Made by a program: the position numbers and the translations under genes
Part shown: piece after piece, positions 48,898-62,499 of the stretch
Position numbering within the stretch: position 1 is the first letter of the stretch
Layout: each line of letters opens with the position of its first letter
The notes under the pieces: generated by a model
Seen by the model: only the letters and a program-made list of their open reading frames with translations
Told to the model about the DNA's origin: nothing
Database searches by the model: none
Assembly (NCBI RefSeq): GCF_964213995.1
Contig: NC_135803.1
Location: forward strand, 63,426,001-63,490,000
DNA from: Mustelus asterias
Lineage: Eukaryota
DNA: 64,000 bases
Direction of reading: 5' to 3'

Positions 48898-49908
48898 CAA
48901 GTACTTGGTCACCAGTCTTTGGGAACCTAGCACTTCTACTTGGTGTCAGGAATTGGCAGTATAACACAAGAAGTTCACTGCATTGACACACTCGTACTCG
49001 ACGAAAATATCACACACCTGGGCCAAGTTTGAAAAAGAGTGATGTATGTATTATGGTGCCAGATTATCGGATAAATCAAAAATGGTGCCAGCTTGCATCT
49101 TTCTAGATTTAGCGGGCTCTGAGGCCGTCAAGACGTTTGAGTTCTTTGTGTTTCAAATAGAGAAAGATAAAGGGGTCCCCAAAATAATTCTAAAAAAGTT
49201 TGAGAACATTTACTTGCCAGTGAAAAACAACACGCAACAAGCATTTGTATAACTCTACAAATCAAATATCTGATGAATCATATATGGCACCTTTGAAAAT
49301 CTTGAAAAATGTTCATGTGGCATTCTTTCCGATGAGTTAGTCAGGGATCGAATAGTGTGTGGGGTCCATTGTGACCTAGTCCACAAGCAGTTGCTGCGAG
49401 AGAAAGATTTGACACTACAAACAGCTATTAGCATGTGCATGCTAAACAAATTGCAAGAACTTTAGGCGGGAAACTGAAGTTTTTGCGGTATAGGGCATGC
49501 CCTGCCGAGCTGTGATGGCCATCACCCTCAGAGCCAAACAGCATGTGTGGCATATGGTAAATGCAATAAACGTGGAAAATTGAATCATTTTGCATAGTTC
49601 GAAATTGCAGTAGCTTCCTTTTGGCAAGGGACGTATTGTAGTTGGCCAGTCCTTCAAGGTTCAGCAAAGTGAATGAACTGGAGCTCAGCAAGAGCAACCA
49701 AACTACTGAGCCTCCAATAACACACTTCTGTGAGAGTGTCGACACTGTCACAGAAAAGAGTGAGATCTTCACCACCCTAAGAGAGGGCTCAGAGGGATAC
49801 GAGATTTAGAGGGATTGTGAGGAGGGACGACAGATTTGGCTGGAGTGGGGGGGGGGGGGGATTGCACCTCGGGGGGGCAAGTCGGGGGGGGGCGCAAGTC
49901 GGGGGGAA

Positions 49909-50252
49909 GGCACGGTAGCACAGTGGTTAGCACTGCGGCTTCACAGCTCCAGGGACCTGGGTTCGATTCCCGCTCGGGTCACTGTCTGTGTGGAGTTTGC
50001 ACATTCTCCTCGTGTCTGCGTGGGTTTCTTCCGGGTGCTCCGGTTTCCTCCCACAGTCCAAAGATGTGCGGGTTAGGTTGATTGGCTGTGCTAAAATTGC
50101 CCCTTAATGTCCTGAGATGAGTAGGTTAGAGGGATTAGCGGGTAAAATATGTAGGGATATGGGGGTAGGGCCTGGGTGGGATTGTGGTCGGTGCAGACTC
50201 GATGGGCCGAATGGCCTCTTTCTGCACTGTAGGGTTCTATGATCTATGATCT
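49909..50252 (+). mobile_element. HE1 SINE
   Basis: Complete HE1 with a (TCTATGA)n tail. Confidence 0.95.
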
Positions 50253-50528
50253 AAACATGATTGCAACAACACAAAGTTACTGAATGTAAAGATAGAGACT
50301 GGAACAAAGTGTAATGTATTGCCCAGTCAAATGCTACAGAAGCTAGACCCATATGCAGCACTTGACCTAGTGGCCTATGGCACACAAGCCAGCCGTATTT
50401 AAGGTTAGGCCACTCTCCATTGCACACAGGCAGTTTCAAGTTTCATATAGGTGACCAGAACGTAAGACCACTGCTAGGTCTTCAGGGCAGCCTCACACTG
50501 GGGATTGTCCAACTTAGTCCAGAGGTAC

Positions 50529-51266
50529 TGTTACAAGTCAGGTCAGATACTTCAAGGTGTTCTATGAAGCTCGCCTGACCTGTAACGTTTTATGTTGAAT
50601 TTGGCTAGGATGAGCATAAAAGGTTTCACTTCAGGTGTGATTCAACTGACCCACAAGGAGCTTTTATCAAAAACAAAGTTTAATTAAGAATATTGTTGAC
50701 ATGTATAGTAAGACGATTAGCAAGAACTTGTAACAATTACAAACAAGAAACACAACTACGATAATGTATAACTCTTGAGGAATATCTACAATGTGTTCCA
50801 ACAAAAGCCAAAATCCAATACACAAAACCCTCCAAATAAGCACAATACAGCACAGGTTAATGCCCACTTGTTACAGGAATCCAGCCTCCTGGATTGAATG
50901 CTGAAAATCCCTTGTGAAGAAACTCAGAAGAGGTTGTAGTCGAATCTGTTTCCCAAAACACAGCTTCTTTGAGCCTCTCCTTCAGCTAACTGATCGTTTC
51001 AGAACCAAACAAAGAGAGGAACAGAGAGAGAGAGACTGCTTCTTAGCTTGCAACTAAACTGCTTCCAACACTCCCCAAAACAAAACTGAAAGCCCAAAGG
51101 AAAAAAACCCCATCAGCTGACTGCCACAAACGAAACTGAAAGCTCGATTACCTGACTGCCACTTAACTCCACCACCCCCCCCCCCCCCCCCCCCCCCAAT
51201 GACATCGCTGAAGCTGTAGCTGCATGATTTTTAAGAAAACTTTCTTAAAGATACACTCACATGGCA
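50529..51266. mobile_element. Solo LTR, 738 bp, TG...CA, 4-bp TSD GTAC, inside Gypsy pol
   Basis: Starts TGTTACAAG and ends CACATGGCA. GTAC at 50525-50528 and 51267-51270. Confidence 0.85.
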
Positions 51267-53222
51267 GTACATGCTCTACAATGCCAGGCCCCAGAAATGT
51301 GAGAGTACAAAGATCTCTTCAACTGCAGTGTCATTGGTAAATACTACCACGTGAAACTAGATGATTCGATACCACTAACAGTTTGTGCTCCAGGAAGAGT
51401 ACCAATAGCCATGAAGCAGAAAGTAGTCCATGAGCGGCATTGGATTACAGGATGTCATAACTCCCCTAGACAAGAACACAGAATGGATTTCAGTAATGGT
51501 GGCTGCAATGAAAAAAGATGGTACAGTCAGGATATGCATTGACCCAATTCACTTAAACAAGGCACTGCTCAGACCTCATCACCCTATGAAGACATGCCCA
51601 ACGCCAAGGTTTTCAGTTTCCTGGATACAAAATGCAGATTCTGGCAGATCCCACTAGATGAGGAATCTTCTAAACTTAACAACATTAATGTCTCCAGTAG
51701 GCAGACATTGTTTTCTTTGTGTGCACAAAATGATCTCTGGCATCTCAAGTATACAGCATGATTATTTATTCTTCGACCATATGGTGGGAGTGAGTTACAT
51801 TAGAGGCACCTCCAAGGCGGCACTCTGCCAATCTCCAGAATTGCAAGCACCTTTATACACTAACAGTCACTTATGCAGAACACTGTTTAGATTACATGGT
51901 TCAGAGACACGGTATCTCCTAGCTTGGGCATTGTCTGTTCTCCCAGAGGCTGCACCTAATCTGTTTTCAATGTCTGTCCTTTTTGCAATAAGCAGCACCT
52001 GTTCCTTCTGCAATAAAAAACCATCGCCTTGAATTGGAATGTTTGGCTAACTCAGGTCTGCGAAGAAAACAAGGCTCGCCTGTGAAACTCATCTGACTGA
52101 TAGGAGCTTGTGTAGTGCAGGTTCAGTGGTGTAAAGTTGACTGCCTACGTATACATGTAGTGTGTTTTTCTCCAAGTGCATGAATATTGGTTGTAATCCC
52201 TTTTAATAAATTCATATTACTTTCATTAGTCCCTTATATAAATGCATTTAATAAATTGGTTATTAGTATAATTAGTTTTTAAGTCCGAACAGCGCTATGA
52301 AGAAAATGATTCATTTCTTCTTCGCATCCGTGACAGAATCAGGACTATACAGCTGAAGCTTAACTCTGCTAAATGCAGATTCGGAGTCAACCAGGTTCCA
52401 TATGTGGGTCACTTACTCTCAGCCCATGTGTGAGTTAGATCCAGACAAGATGGCGGCCATGCAATAGATGGCTATTCCTACGGCTATGCAATAGATGGCC
52501 ATTCCTGTGGACAAGCAAACTTTAAGCACTTCCTTTGTATGACAAATTAAATTTCTAAATTCTTTCCATGTTACAATGAAGTCACTGGACCTCTTCATCA
52601 GCTCCTTCACCATTAGATGTTGGCAGGAGCACCACTCAGCTTTCTTCAACAGACGCAAACAGGCACTGTCAGCTCCACCAGTGCTACAGTACTTTGAAGT
52701 TTGAGCCCCTGTACTCATATCAGCAGTTGCCTCCCAGCATGGACTTGGTGCAGTCTGCATCCAGAATGGCAGGCCAATAGCCTCATTGAACATTCATTAT
52801 GCTCAGATGGAAGAGGCACTCCTCATTCTAGTCTCCACCTGTCAGAAATTTTGACTTCATTATTATTCACTCATAGCTATCCTAACAAAACCTCATCCGA
52901 ATGACTACAGCGCATGGTGCTAAAGCTCCAGTGCTAAAATCTCAGCATTGTCCACAAGCCTGGTAAGGAACTGTATTGGCTGATACCCTTTTGAAAGCTT
53001 TCTGACCCACTACAGACCAGGAAAATTGTGAGGAAGAACTAGATATCATGACAACAGAGAGGTGCTGACCTCTTGTAACATCCAGGAACTCAAAGATACC
53101 TTACAGGCAGACATCACATGCAGATTGCAAAACATTATTGTAAAGAGCTGGCCTGAGTACTCAGGGGAGTTTCCCCATGAACTCCACGCATTCTTCGCCA
53201 CCAGAGATGAATTAACCATACA

Positions 53223-53323
53223 GGGCGGCACAATGGTTAGCACTGCTGCCTCACTGTGCCAGGGACCCGGGTTCAATTCCTGGTTTGGGTCACTGTCTGT
53301 GCAGAGGCTGCACATTTTCTCTG
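53223..53323 (+). mobile_element. HE1 SINE 5' fragment
   Basis: GGGCGGCACAATGGTTAGCACTGCTG...GGTTCAATTCC. Confidence 0.85.
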
Positions 53324-55454
53324 TAGGCCACCCAGCCTGCAATATAGGCCTCCTACATGAGTGGAAATGGAGACTGTTCCAGAGACCTATGCAACAAGTC
53401 CTGCATCCACGGGCACACCAGTCGAGTGCTCCAAGTCGTCCACGCTGAGGACACTAGCCCGAAAACATCTAGAGCACAGTCAACTGGCACAATCATCCGC
53501 TCAGGGCGTGTGACCAAACACAAGGTTCCAGGACTATGTAACAAATGAGTCTACAGCTACCCTTTGTCTTTCTTCGTTGCACAACAAAATGGAGGGGTGG
53601 GGGGTTGGGTGCATGAGTTTTGCACCTGCTCCCAAGGCTCAATCCACATCTCGCCCTATGTAAATAGTTATGCATTGTTAGCTTGTTTAAAAATAAAGTG
53701 GTTTGTACACAATTGATGGCTGAACACTGTTACATCTCAGTATCACTGGTTGCCCCAACTTCTAACAGGGAAGGTATAGACCAAGTGATGATGTGGGTAC
53801 TTAAGAGTTCACGTGACGGAAGTGCAGGAATTCTCCCCAGCATGCAGGCAGAGTACAAGCACGGAGTAGCTGCTCGGCTTTGGATAAAGTATTGTTTGTT
53901 ACAGGTCCTTGATCTCCAGTCTTTGGGAACCTAGCACGTCTACACTATTTGTAGGACCTAAATGTGTGCAACTTGACTGCCATATTTCCCAATGTTACAA
54001 TAATGACTCCAGCACTTCGGGCCATCCTATGGTCATTAAAAACCAATAGACAATGCAAGTTTGGTCATTATTTTATCTTTTGTCATTGCACTGCAACCGT
54101 TAATTTTGTAGTGGGCACATTTGCAATCCACAACCAAAATAAAGCGCTGTTTAGTGTAGCACAAGTATTTCATCTAATTCCTGCAACACCTTCCTGTTAC
54201 ACCAATCTTTGTTTTTCACACTTAAACCCTTCTGTTCATTTTATTTACCTGTGACCTCCAAAATAGATGGTATAGTTGCATATTTAACTCAGACCTCCCA
54301 TCTCTGTCTCCAAGGTGCTTAGCATAATTGTCCATATTGCCACTCTTTGAAGCCGAAAAAGAGAGCTTGCTGTCTTCCCTAAATAAATTAAAGTAAATAC
54401 TGGTCCCAATTTATTTTACGTGACTAACACATCTCTTAGTGATGCTCATGGCAAGTAAGAAGATAAACTGGTTTTTAATAGGAGAGCAGTATTTATGCCA
54501 TATAGGGAGTAACATTTGTGCCATTAGTTTGTAGTGATTAGATTAAAATTCATTAATCTAAGAATTTAATAGTACTTGAGAATTGAATTTCTTGCCTGTC
54601 CATTATTCTGTGAACATTGTAAATCAGTGGTCTTTATTTCCCTTATATTTAATTACCTATTTAATATTATCTATCTTTTCTAAGGTTAAGGCTACAAGTA
54701 CACAAAGATATTATACAGAACGTATCATTTTGTTTCAGAAATCTGATATGGTGCTGGCAAAGGGAATAGGTTTTCCTGGCCATTGGAGAAGTCCTGAATC
54801 ATTCCTGGGCTTTGGTTGCACTTGGAAATTGTCCTAGGGTTTTGGTAACATTGAGGAAGTTGGTTTGTAGGTGACAACTGGAATAGGGGTCTTGGATTTG
54901 ACTGTGTCCTAGTGGGGCTGTTGGGCTTTGGCAGCTTGGTATCCTTTGATAGACCATACATGTCAAGAAGGAATCAAACTTTGATAGAACTGTGGAAGAT
55001 GATACTGAGATTTTCCGCCTCTGGAATTGCGTTGTGAGATTGGGTTACAAGTGGATGCCTAGTTTCTATCAGCTATGCAGGAAAAGGGAGAATGTGGACC
55101 TGTTGTGGATGAGTCAATGGAAAAATGTTCAGTGGAATTACATGATGAACAGCATCAGATTTTCATGTTTGTGACCTTTGAAGGAATCTTAGTATAGACT
55201 TGATCTGTCATTTACAATTGGACCCTGAATGTCTATCTTTGTCATTTCTTTCCTATAGCTAAATAAAAAAAGATAATCAATTTTCGTGACTAAAATAAAA
55301 CAGGTTTCTCTTAATCAGATTGCACAATTTAAATTTGACGAATAGCATTTCAACCCTGGGCAAAAGTGTCGAGCCCAGGCTTTAGGGAGAGGCTGAGAAC
55401 TTCAAGTGAGAACTTGAACAAAGGCATTAAAAGAAATACAACACAATACTATAG

Positions 55455-55790
55455 AGTCATAGAGGTTTACAGCATGGAAACAGGTCCTTCGGCCCAACTT
55501 GTCCATGCCACCCTTTTTTTTTTAAAACCCCTAAACTAATCCCAATTGCCCATATTTGGCCCATATCCCTCTCTACCCATCGTACCCATGTAACTATCTA
55601 AATGTTTTTTAAAAGATAAAATTGTACCCGCCTCTGCTACTACCTCTGGCAGCTTGTTCCAGATACTCACCACCCTCTGAAAAAATTGCCCCTCTGAACA
55701 CTTTTGTATCTCTCCCCCCTCACCGTAAACCTATGCCCTCGAGTTTTAGACTCCCCGACCTTTGGGGAAAGATATTGACTATTTACCTTG
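55455..55790 (-). mobile_element. CR1 3' end fragment
   Basis: Plus strand begins AGTCATAGAGG...CTTCGGCCCA, the reverse complement of a CR1 3' tail. Confidence 0.8.
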
Positions 55791-57145
55791 TCTATAGAGT
55801 CATCTATCTTGTCTATAGAGTCAATACGTTGGATAAATTGTGAAAGTGTATTGTTTAATTAAAGTTTTGTTTAAACCTGTATTTTAGACAAAAACTATTT
55901 CATTAGTAAGAAAACACAAATTAAAAATATTGTTGGTAGAAGATAATAGTTTCACAGCCAGACATAATTACGTAGTAAGAGTGACAAGTCTTTTCCATTA
56001 TCAATGTGGACATAGGAATTTATTGAGAAATGTGACAATGAAGGACATATATTTTTGTAGGCAGGAAATGTGTGCATGTTCAATGCTGTCACCGTCATTC
56101 TAATCATTTTACACCGTTTCCTGCCTGCTACTATTATACCTCAGTAGATTATGCTTACAATGTTATCAGAACACACAACACTGATCCTATGACTGTCGAC
56201 CCACATACAGTACCCTATTCCTGGAATTTGGAATCATTTCTCACTGTACCTATTTCTGATCATTGCCATCATAGTGTGCTCACACCTCAGGACTTTTTTA
56301 GTAAACTAACATACCCCAAACTACAGTAACACCTCCTATTGCATGACATCCTGATACAGTGACTCCTTGTGTTTCACAACGCTTTTTGACACTCCCTCCT
56401 TTTCATTGTTCACATTTATTTCAAATAATTTTGATTTCCTAAATCACACCTACAGATTACTTTTATGAAATCCTCTATCTTTCCTTTAATCAGACTGATC
56501 TTGACAACTCCTCCTCCTCTTCCTGCAAATCTCATGAGCATCCTTCAACAGTTCATACATTCTGGAATCACTCCATTAATATCCACACACCCCAATCCCT
56601 CAGTGTCACAGCCCATAATCTCCCCTTCATTACTCAGCAGAAACCATCCACAGTACTCAAATATGGGATTCCTATTCCAACCTCTTCTGATACATGATTG
56701 CTCATTTGCTACAAATCACAGACTCTGAGACATCTTGCTTTACTCTGTATCCTTTGGCCCCGGGATCAGCCATTGCATTGCTCAGAAACAAGTTTCCAAT
56801 ATCTTCAACTATAACCCCTTTTTGTAAACGAGACTCAAACCTTCCGATAGCAAATGTTTAAGTGAACTCTCAATCATAACCATAATATCTTTCAGCTCGC
56901 ACCACCAATCTTGTGAACTGATTGTGATACTCTTTTTAGCTACTCTTCATTCCCAGTATTACCATTCTAGATTACTGAATTCAAATTGTCATTTCTCTGC
57001 AATCCCATTCTTTCCTCTTCCTTTAGCCCTATATGTTTTATATCTCCTCACAATTCAACTCCCAACTCCTTGATCTCTCCATCTTCCCGCATGTCCCCCC
57101 CCCCCCCCCCACACACACACACTCTACATGCATGTAAAGTATTCC

Positions 57146-57667
57146 AACATAAGAAATAGGAGCAGGAGTAGGCCATTTAGCCCCTCGAGCCTACCCCGCC
57201 ATTCAATAAGATCATGGCTGATCTGAAGTGGATCAGTTCCACTTACCCGCCTGATCCCTCTAACCCCTAATTCCCTTACCGATCAGGAATCCATCTATCC
57301 GTGATTTAAACATATTCAGCGAGGTAACCTCCACCACTTCAGTGGGCAGAGAATTCCAGAGATTCACCACCCTCTGAGAGAAGAAGTTCCTCCTCAACTC
57401 TGTCCGAAACTGACCCCCCTTTATTTTGAGGCTGTGCCCTCTAGTTCTAGTTTCCTTTCTAAGTGGAAAGAATCTCTCCATCTCTACCCTATCCAGCCCC
57501 TTCATTATCTTATAGGTCTCTATAAGATCCCCCCTCAGCCTTCTAAATTCCAACGAATACAAACCCAATCTGCTCAGTCTCTCCTCATAGTCAACACCCC
57601 TCATCTCTGGTATCAACCTGGTGAACCTTCTCTGCACTCCCTCCAAGGCCAATATATCCTTCCGCAA
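57146..57667 (-). mobile_element. Young 5'-truncated CR1 LINE
   Basis: ORF 57260-57694 (LRKDILALEGVQRRFTRLIP...FFSQRVVNLWNSLP) is uninterrupted and followed by the 3' UTR. Confidence 0.95.
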
Positions 57668-58675
57668 CATGAGACCATTTTCACATTTATACATTTGCTA
57701 TTTATTTAATTCTTCCATATTATTCTGTTTTACATGTTTCTTTATTTTAAACTAGCTTATTGCCTGAAATATACGAAAGAATCTTACATTTTCCATTTAG
57801 CTATGCTATTGTCTCTTATCAAACAACACACGTCTGCAGCTACAGAATTTAAACTTGAAAATATCACTGATTCCCTAAATGTTTTGAATAAGTCAAAAAC
57901 ATTATTTTGTTCACTCAACGTAAATCAGTGGTCCTGATTGTGCATTACATTGGATAAATAACGTATCTTCTGGCTCCCTGATAAGTAATGCCACAGGAGT
58001 TCTTTTCAAATCTGTTTCTATTTGATTGATATGTGGAGTAATTCCAAGACCATGCCAATTCAATTTCCAAGGACTAAAGGCTCCTTGATCGTATTGTATG
58101 TAATTCTTAAGTGCAACATTTTAACATTTCATTATTATAATTAATATGAATTCATGAAAAATTTGGAATAAAATTCTGGCTTAAATGGAGGAAGTCTTAA
58201 AATGAGGTGCAGTGTAAGTGCTGTGATTCTACAATGTTTTCTTAGTGTTACAACATTGAACTAGTTTTTTTAAATGTTTCATTGGCATACAGTGAACTTG
58301 CATAACAAGCCTTGCCAATGATGTAGAAAGATGCAAAAGTACAAAAGACAATTTTTGCAATGCTCAGGTAGTACTACCAGACTGTTTCGTGCTGGGATGT
58401 GATGAGCACATAACCTAAATTGACACAAAAGGAGGTGGAAGTGTTGCCTTTACAGATGAGACATTTAATAGAGACTCCCTTGGGTGGGTGTAAATAAAAA
58501 ATCCATGGCAACTATTTCAAAGAAAAACAGGAGAGTTTCTAAGGTATCCTGACCAATATATATATCTCAACCAGCTAAGACTAATTAATAAAAGCAAAAT
58601 ATTGTTGTAAAATGAAAGATGGGGAAATCTTGACGAACCATGACCAGTTTGCAGTAACCCTGTTTAACTAAGGCA

Positions 58676-59340
58676 TGTTATGTGGTGAGATAAAGGGGAC
58701 AAGAAGAGTCAGATGAAGGTCCAACACAACTTTATTGAACACTTTATAAAGGAAAACCAATATTTATCAGTCTCTACTAATTAAACTCTATCAAACTCTT
58801 CACAGGACTCTTCAGTAAACAGTCTTAATCTACTCCTGATACACCCTTCTAAGGTTTCACTGTACCCTATCCACAGGTCCCTATTACCATATTTGAACCG
58901 TTTGTCTGAAAATACTGGTAATACCCATTCAGTAAGGCTTGGGCAGGCTGTTCCTCAGTCTTTAAGGGTTGGCTGATGTTTCAGGATCTGCAGTTGTCGA
59001 TTTGGGCTTCCCCTCTCATCTAGGGCTGGTTCTGGTCTTCGATCATCTCACCAGGGTAGTCTTCTGGGTCTGGTTGGTCTGATGATGCTCACCACGAGAT
59101 ACAAGGAATTGGAAATGCTGTGCTGCTCAGCTGCCAGTCGAAGGTGCTCTGGCAACGCTGTTGAAGAAAGTGTAAAAGCAGAGAGAGCTGGACCTCCAGG
59201 TTGCTCCTTATATCCCACTCCACAGCCTCCTCGAAGATTCTGTAGCCTGTGTCAAATGTCCAATACTAGCATCGGACGGGGACAGGAAGATTCAAAGAGA
59301 TGACTTTTGAGGTTGCAGAACATGGTTTTGAGCCCACAAC
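58676..59340. mobile_element. Probable solo LTR
   Basis: Starts TGTTATG and has a minus-strand AATAAA (TTTATT ~58731). End and TSD unresolved. Confidence 0.45.
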
Positions 59341-59496
59341 TGTCAAGTGCCTTGTCACACTATGCCTCTGGCCTCCTACTGAGCTGGGTGCCACCAAGTC
59401 TGCATAGCATTCTTCTAACAAAAGTTCACTGGAAGTGTAACCAAATGTAGCTGTTAGCACCTGGCAGTTCCAGGCCTGTCTGGTCTGTTTCATCTC

Positions 59497-59576
59497 AGTA
59501 AGAAGTTTAACAACACCAGGTTAAAGCTTACTGTGTTTACCCCAGTCCAACGCCGGCATCTCCACATCATGACTAC
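59497..59576. mobile_element. 80-bp Penelope terminus remnant with 12-bp TSD
   Basis: CTGTTTCATCTC at 59485-59496 and 59577-59588. The content corresponds to the outer ends of the 39425-39656 palindrome. Confidence 0.85.
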
Positions 59577-60249
59577 CTGTTTCATCTCTGCAGTTTGCAA
59601 ATTTTTGATTCTGTGATTCTTCAGAGCTGACATTTGGAGCTCACATTTCTACCTCACATCAGCTCTGAAGAAGAGCCATATGGTCTTGAAACTGTTTCTC
59701 TCTCCATAGGTGCTGCCAGACCTACTGAGTTTATCCAGCATTTTCGGTTTTTATTTCACTAAAACAGATGATCATATTGTTTGTGGGATCTTATTCTGTG
59801 TTTCTGACAGTGATATGCTTCAAAAGTGCTTTGGGATCTGAGGTCAGGAAAGGTGCTACAAAAAAAACATTTATTAAAAAAATATTATTTGTTTCCCTTT
59901 TTTCTTTCCTTTTCTCTGTCTATAACTAATCCAAATGCTATCTTTTGTTCGAGCTTTGGTGTATTTTCTTTTAACCTATTTTGAATGGCATTTTAGATGA
60001 TTACAGGTAGCTAGTGATACTAACTTGGAGATCAATCGAGTGTTCCATCAAAATGGAGATTGCTTATTGTGTTTATGCAATATACGAGCATGCTTTTTTG
60101 TCAACACCCTGGTTATAAACAGTGGCACTGGCTTGACTACGCCAACACCTGAGCAAGGGATGCAACGATATCATCACCTTTGCCATGACCGTGCTCTATA
60201 TCTATGTTTAATGTTATGCGTTGCACTCCCCTTTTAGTTATCTCAAAAT

Positions 60250-60680
60250 ATTTTATTGATGTTCTGTTTGCATTTCAGTCCCACACTCTGATTTACGGGC
60301 ACCCAGTGCGGAGGGAGGCGGGAAAGGTGGAGGACCTCCTCATGTACCTGCTCCTGGGCCGAGCCAAACATGTTATCAATAGGTCCAGGCCGCGGGCGAC
60401 TGAGGCGGTTGTCCAACCCAACTGTCTGCCCCTCGACCGTGGCTATATTTGCAGCTGGGTGCCCCTGGCGAGGGGGCATGCAGTGTCCGAGGGCACCATT
60501 GAGGCCTTCTGTGCCTTTTGGACAGAGGTGTATTATCAATCCCTTTAATCACATTTTGGGTTTAAGTTTCCTTTTTGCTTTGTTTTTCGTTTTGGATGAT
60601 TCCTTTTTGGGGGCTGCCCTTTTTGCTTTGTCTCTGAGTTTGTTTAATTTGGTTTATTTGGTTGGCATCAAAAGGCCATG
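60250..60680 (+). mobile_element. Tx1/L1-clade LINE 3' fragment
   Basis: TLIYGHPVRRE...DLLMYLLLGRAKHVINRSR resembles a Tx1-like ORF2 C-terminus, followed by a T-rich 3' UTR. Confidence 0.6.
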
Positions 60681-62240
60681 ACACGAGCTGATGACTGCTG
60701 GACTGACCATTGTCTAATCCGGGCTCTGATTTCCAACTTGGCCCAAAAATGACCGCAGCAGCAGAAATGCTGCAACAGGAAATTCAATCGTGTTGGACTC
60801 GAGGACTATGCAAAAAAAGACCTATTCAGACGGCGCCTTACCAGCCACAGTCACTGGTCTGTCCATAAATCTACCATAATCAGCACCTGCAAGACTAGTT
60901 TGATGAAAATGACCAGGAGATCCAGGAGCTAGTAAATCTGAAGTGCAAGGTACTCTTGAACTGAAAGTGACACAGAACTGCAAGGGAAAGAAAGCAGGTC
61001 GACGGGTAAATGAAGTTAGAGCTCCAACAAAAATCCTGTGAACTGAAGAACAGATGGTGGGTGGTAAGCGTGCAGGAAATACAGCAACTTGCTGTCGGTC
61101 ATGGAATGCTTGAATTCTCCAATGCAGCCAAGACCCTCCACAAGCACAGCATGCTACTCAAGGTGTGCAGGTTAGGTGGATTGTCCATACTAAAATGCCC
61201 CTTAGTGTCCAAAGATGTGTGATGTGTAGGTTGGGGGATTAGCGGGATACGTGTGTGGGGTTATGAGGATAGAACAGGGAGTGGGCCTGGGTAAGATGTT
61301 CTGTCAGAGAGTCAGTGCAGACCCGATGGGCCAAATGGTTTCCTTCTGCATTGCAGGGATTCTATGACTCGTCACAATCTTGGCACAAATCCAGTCTGAC
61401 ATTAGCTATTTGTCAGCTAAGAACTGTTGGTGCAGACAAAATCCCCGCCATAGTATTCTTGACAGGAATACATGACCTCATTTCCCGCATTTGGAAGGAG
61501 GCGAGCATGCAAGGGGATCTTCGGGACGTTATAATTGTGACCATCTTCAAAAACGGAAACACAACCAACTTCAGGAACTATAGAGGGGTACCTCTGTTGT
61601 CTGCCACAGGAAAGGTCATTACAAGAGTCTTCCTCACTTGTCTTCGCCAGTGGCTGAAGAGTTCCCACTGGAGTTACAATGTGAATTCCGTCCATCAAGA
61701 GGCACAGTGGATTTTGATAGCAAGACCCAAGAAAAATGCAGGGAACAGCAGCACCCTTTATTCTTGGCTGTCTTTGACTGCACAAAGGCCTTCAACTCCT
61801 ATCAACCGGAATGGACTGAGTGCCCACCTCAAATTTGGCAGCCCGCAGAAATTCATCAACATCCTCCGCCTGTTGCATGATGACATGCAAGCTGTAACCC
61901 TTATTAGATCTATGGCAGATGTTAGTGCAAGTGTAAACTGGGTCAAGCTAAACCAATGCTTTTTTCCATGTTGCTCACCTCACAGCTCCACTGTATTTCC
62001 ATGAAGCCCTCTGCTGCAGTGGAACTACTCTACAGGGCGAGCAGGAAACTACTCCATTTACATTGCCTCCATTCCAAGACCTAGATCACCCCGACTTCTG
62101 TCATTCAACTGTGGCACACTGGTGCACAACGCTTGCGTATGCGCACAATCGAGGCCAAACTCCAAACTATTGCTGATGCATTCACAGAGATGTATGAAAT
62201 AATGAGCCTTGGGCTGAACATCTAGAAGACTAAGGTGAAT
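60680..62240 (+). mobile_element. RTE LINE fragment with an inserted partial HE1 SINE (~61160-61366)
   Basis: GADKIPA...IVTIFKNGNTTNFRNYRGVPLLSATGKV; QCEFRPSRGTVD; QEKCREQQHPL..FDCTKAF. Confidence 0.88.
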
Positions 62241-62499
62241 TAATTTAATAATGTAGCGCAATCACTGTGCACTCTTATTACTCTGTATGGGTAGACACAA
62301 AGAAATTGTAGACAGTGACATGCAGGTGTGCTTGTTACCTTCCTTACCTTGTGCAGTTGTAATCAATCTTAGGGTTTTAATAAATGTATGATAAATATAT
62401 CCTTTACTGTACCCCCTTCCCCACAGTAATAAATGATCGCAAGTGGGAAAGTTTTCTAATAAGGTTTGGTTTAATGGCATATTCACAGTTAGGGAAATT

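Larger units (their letters stand above)
48441..53944 (+). mobile_element. Degenerate two-LTR Gypsy retrotransposon with nested SINEs and LTRs
   Basis: 5' LTR 48441-48940 (split by a SINE) and 3' LTR 53786-53944 share GGTACTTAAGAG...CAGGCAGAGTACAAGCA...CCAGTCTTTGGGAACCTAGCAC. PBS TGGTGTCAGGAATTGG at 48941 (tRNA-Leu-like). gag (VRDRIVCG) 49046-49650. RT (TEWIS..KKDGTVRICIDP..LNKAL) 51430-51657. RNase H remnants 52650-52990. Confidence 0.9.

Noticed and set aside
54680-55200. Unique-looking stretch with short ORFs
   Set aside because: Stops occur in all frames and no motif was recognised. I cannot distinguish UTR exon from ancient repeat.
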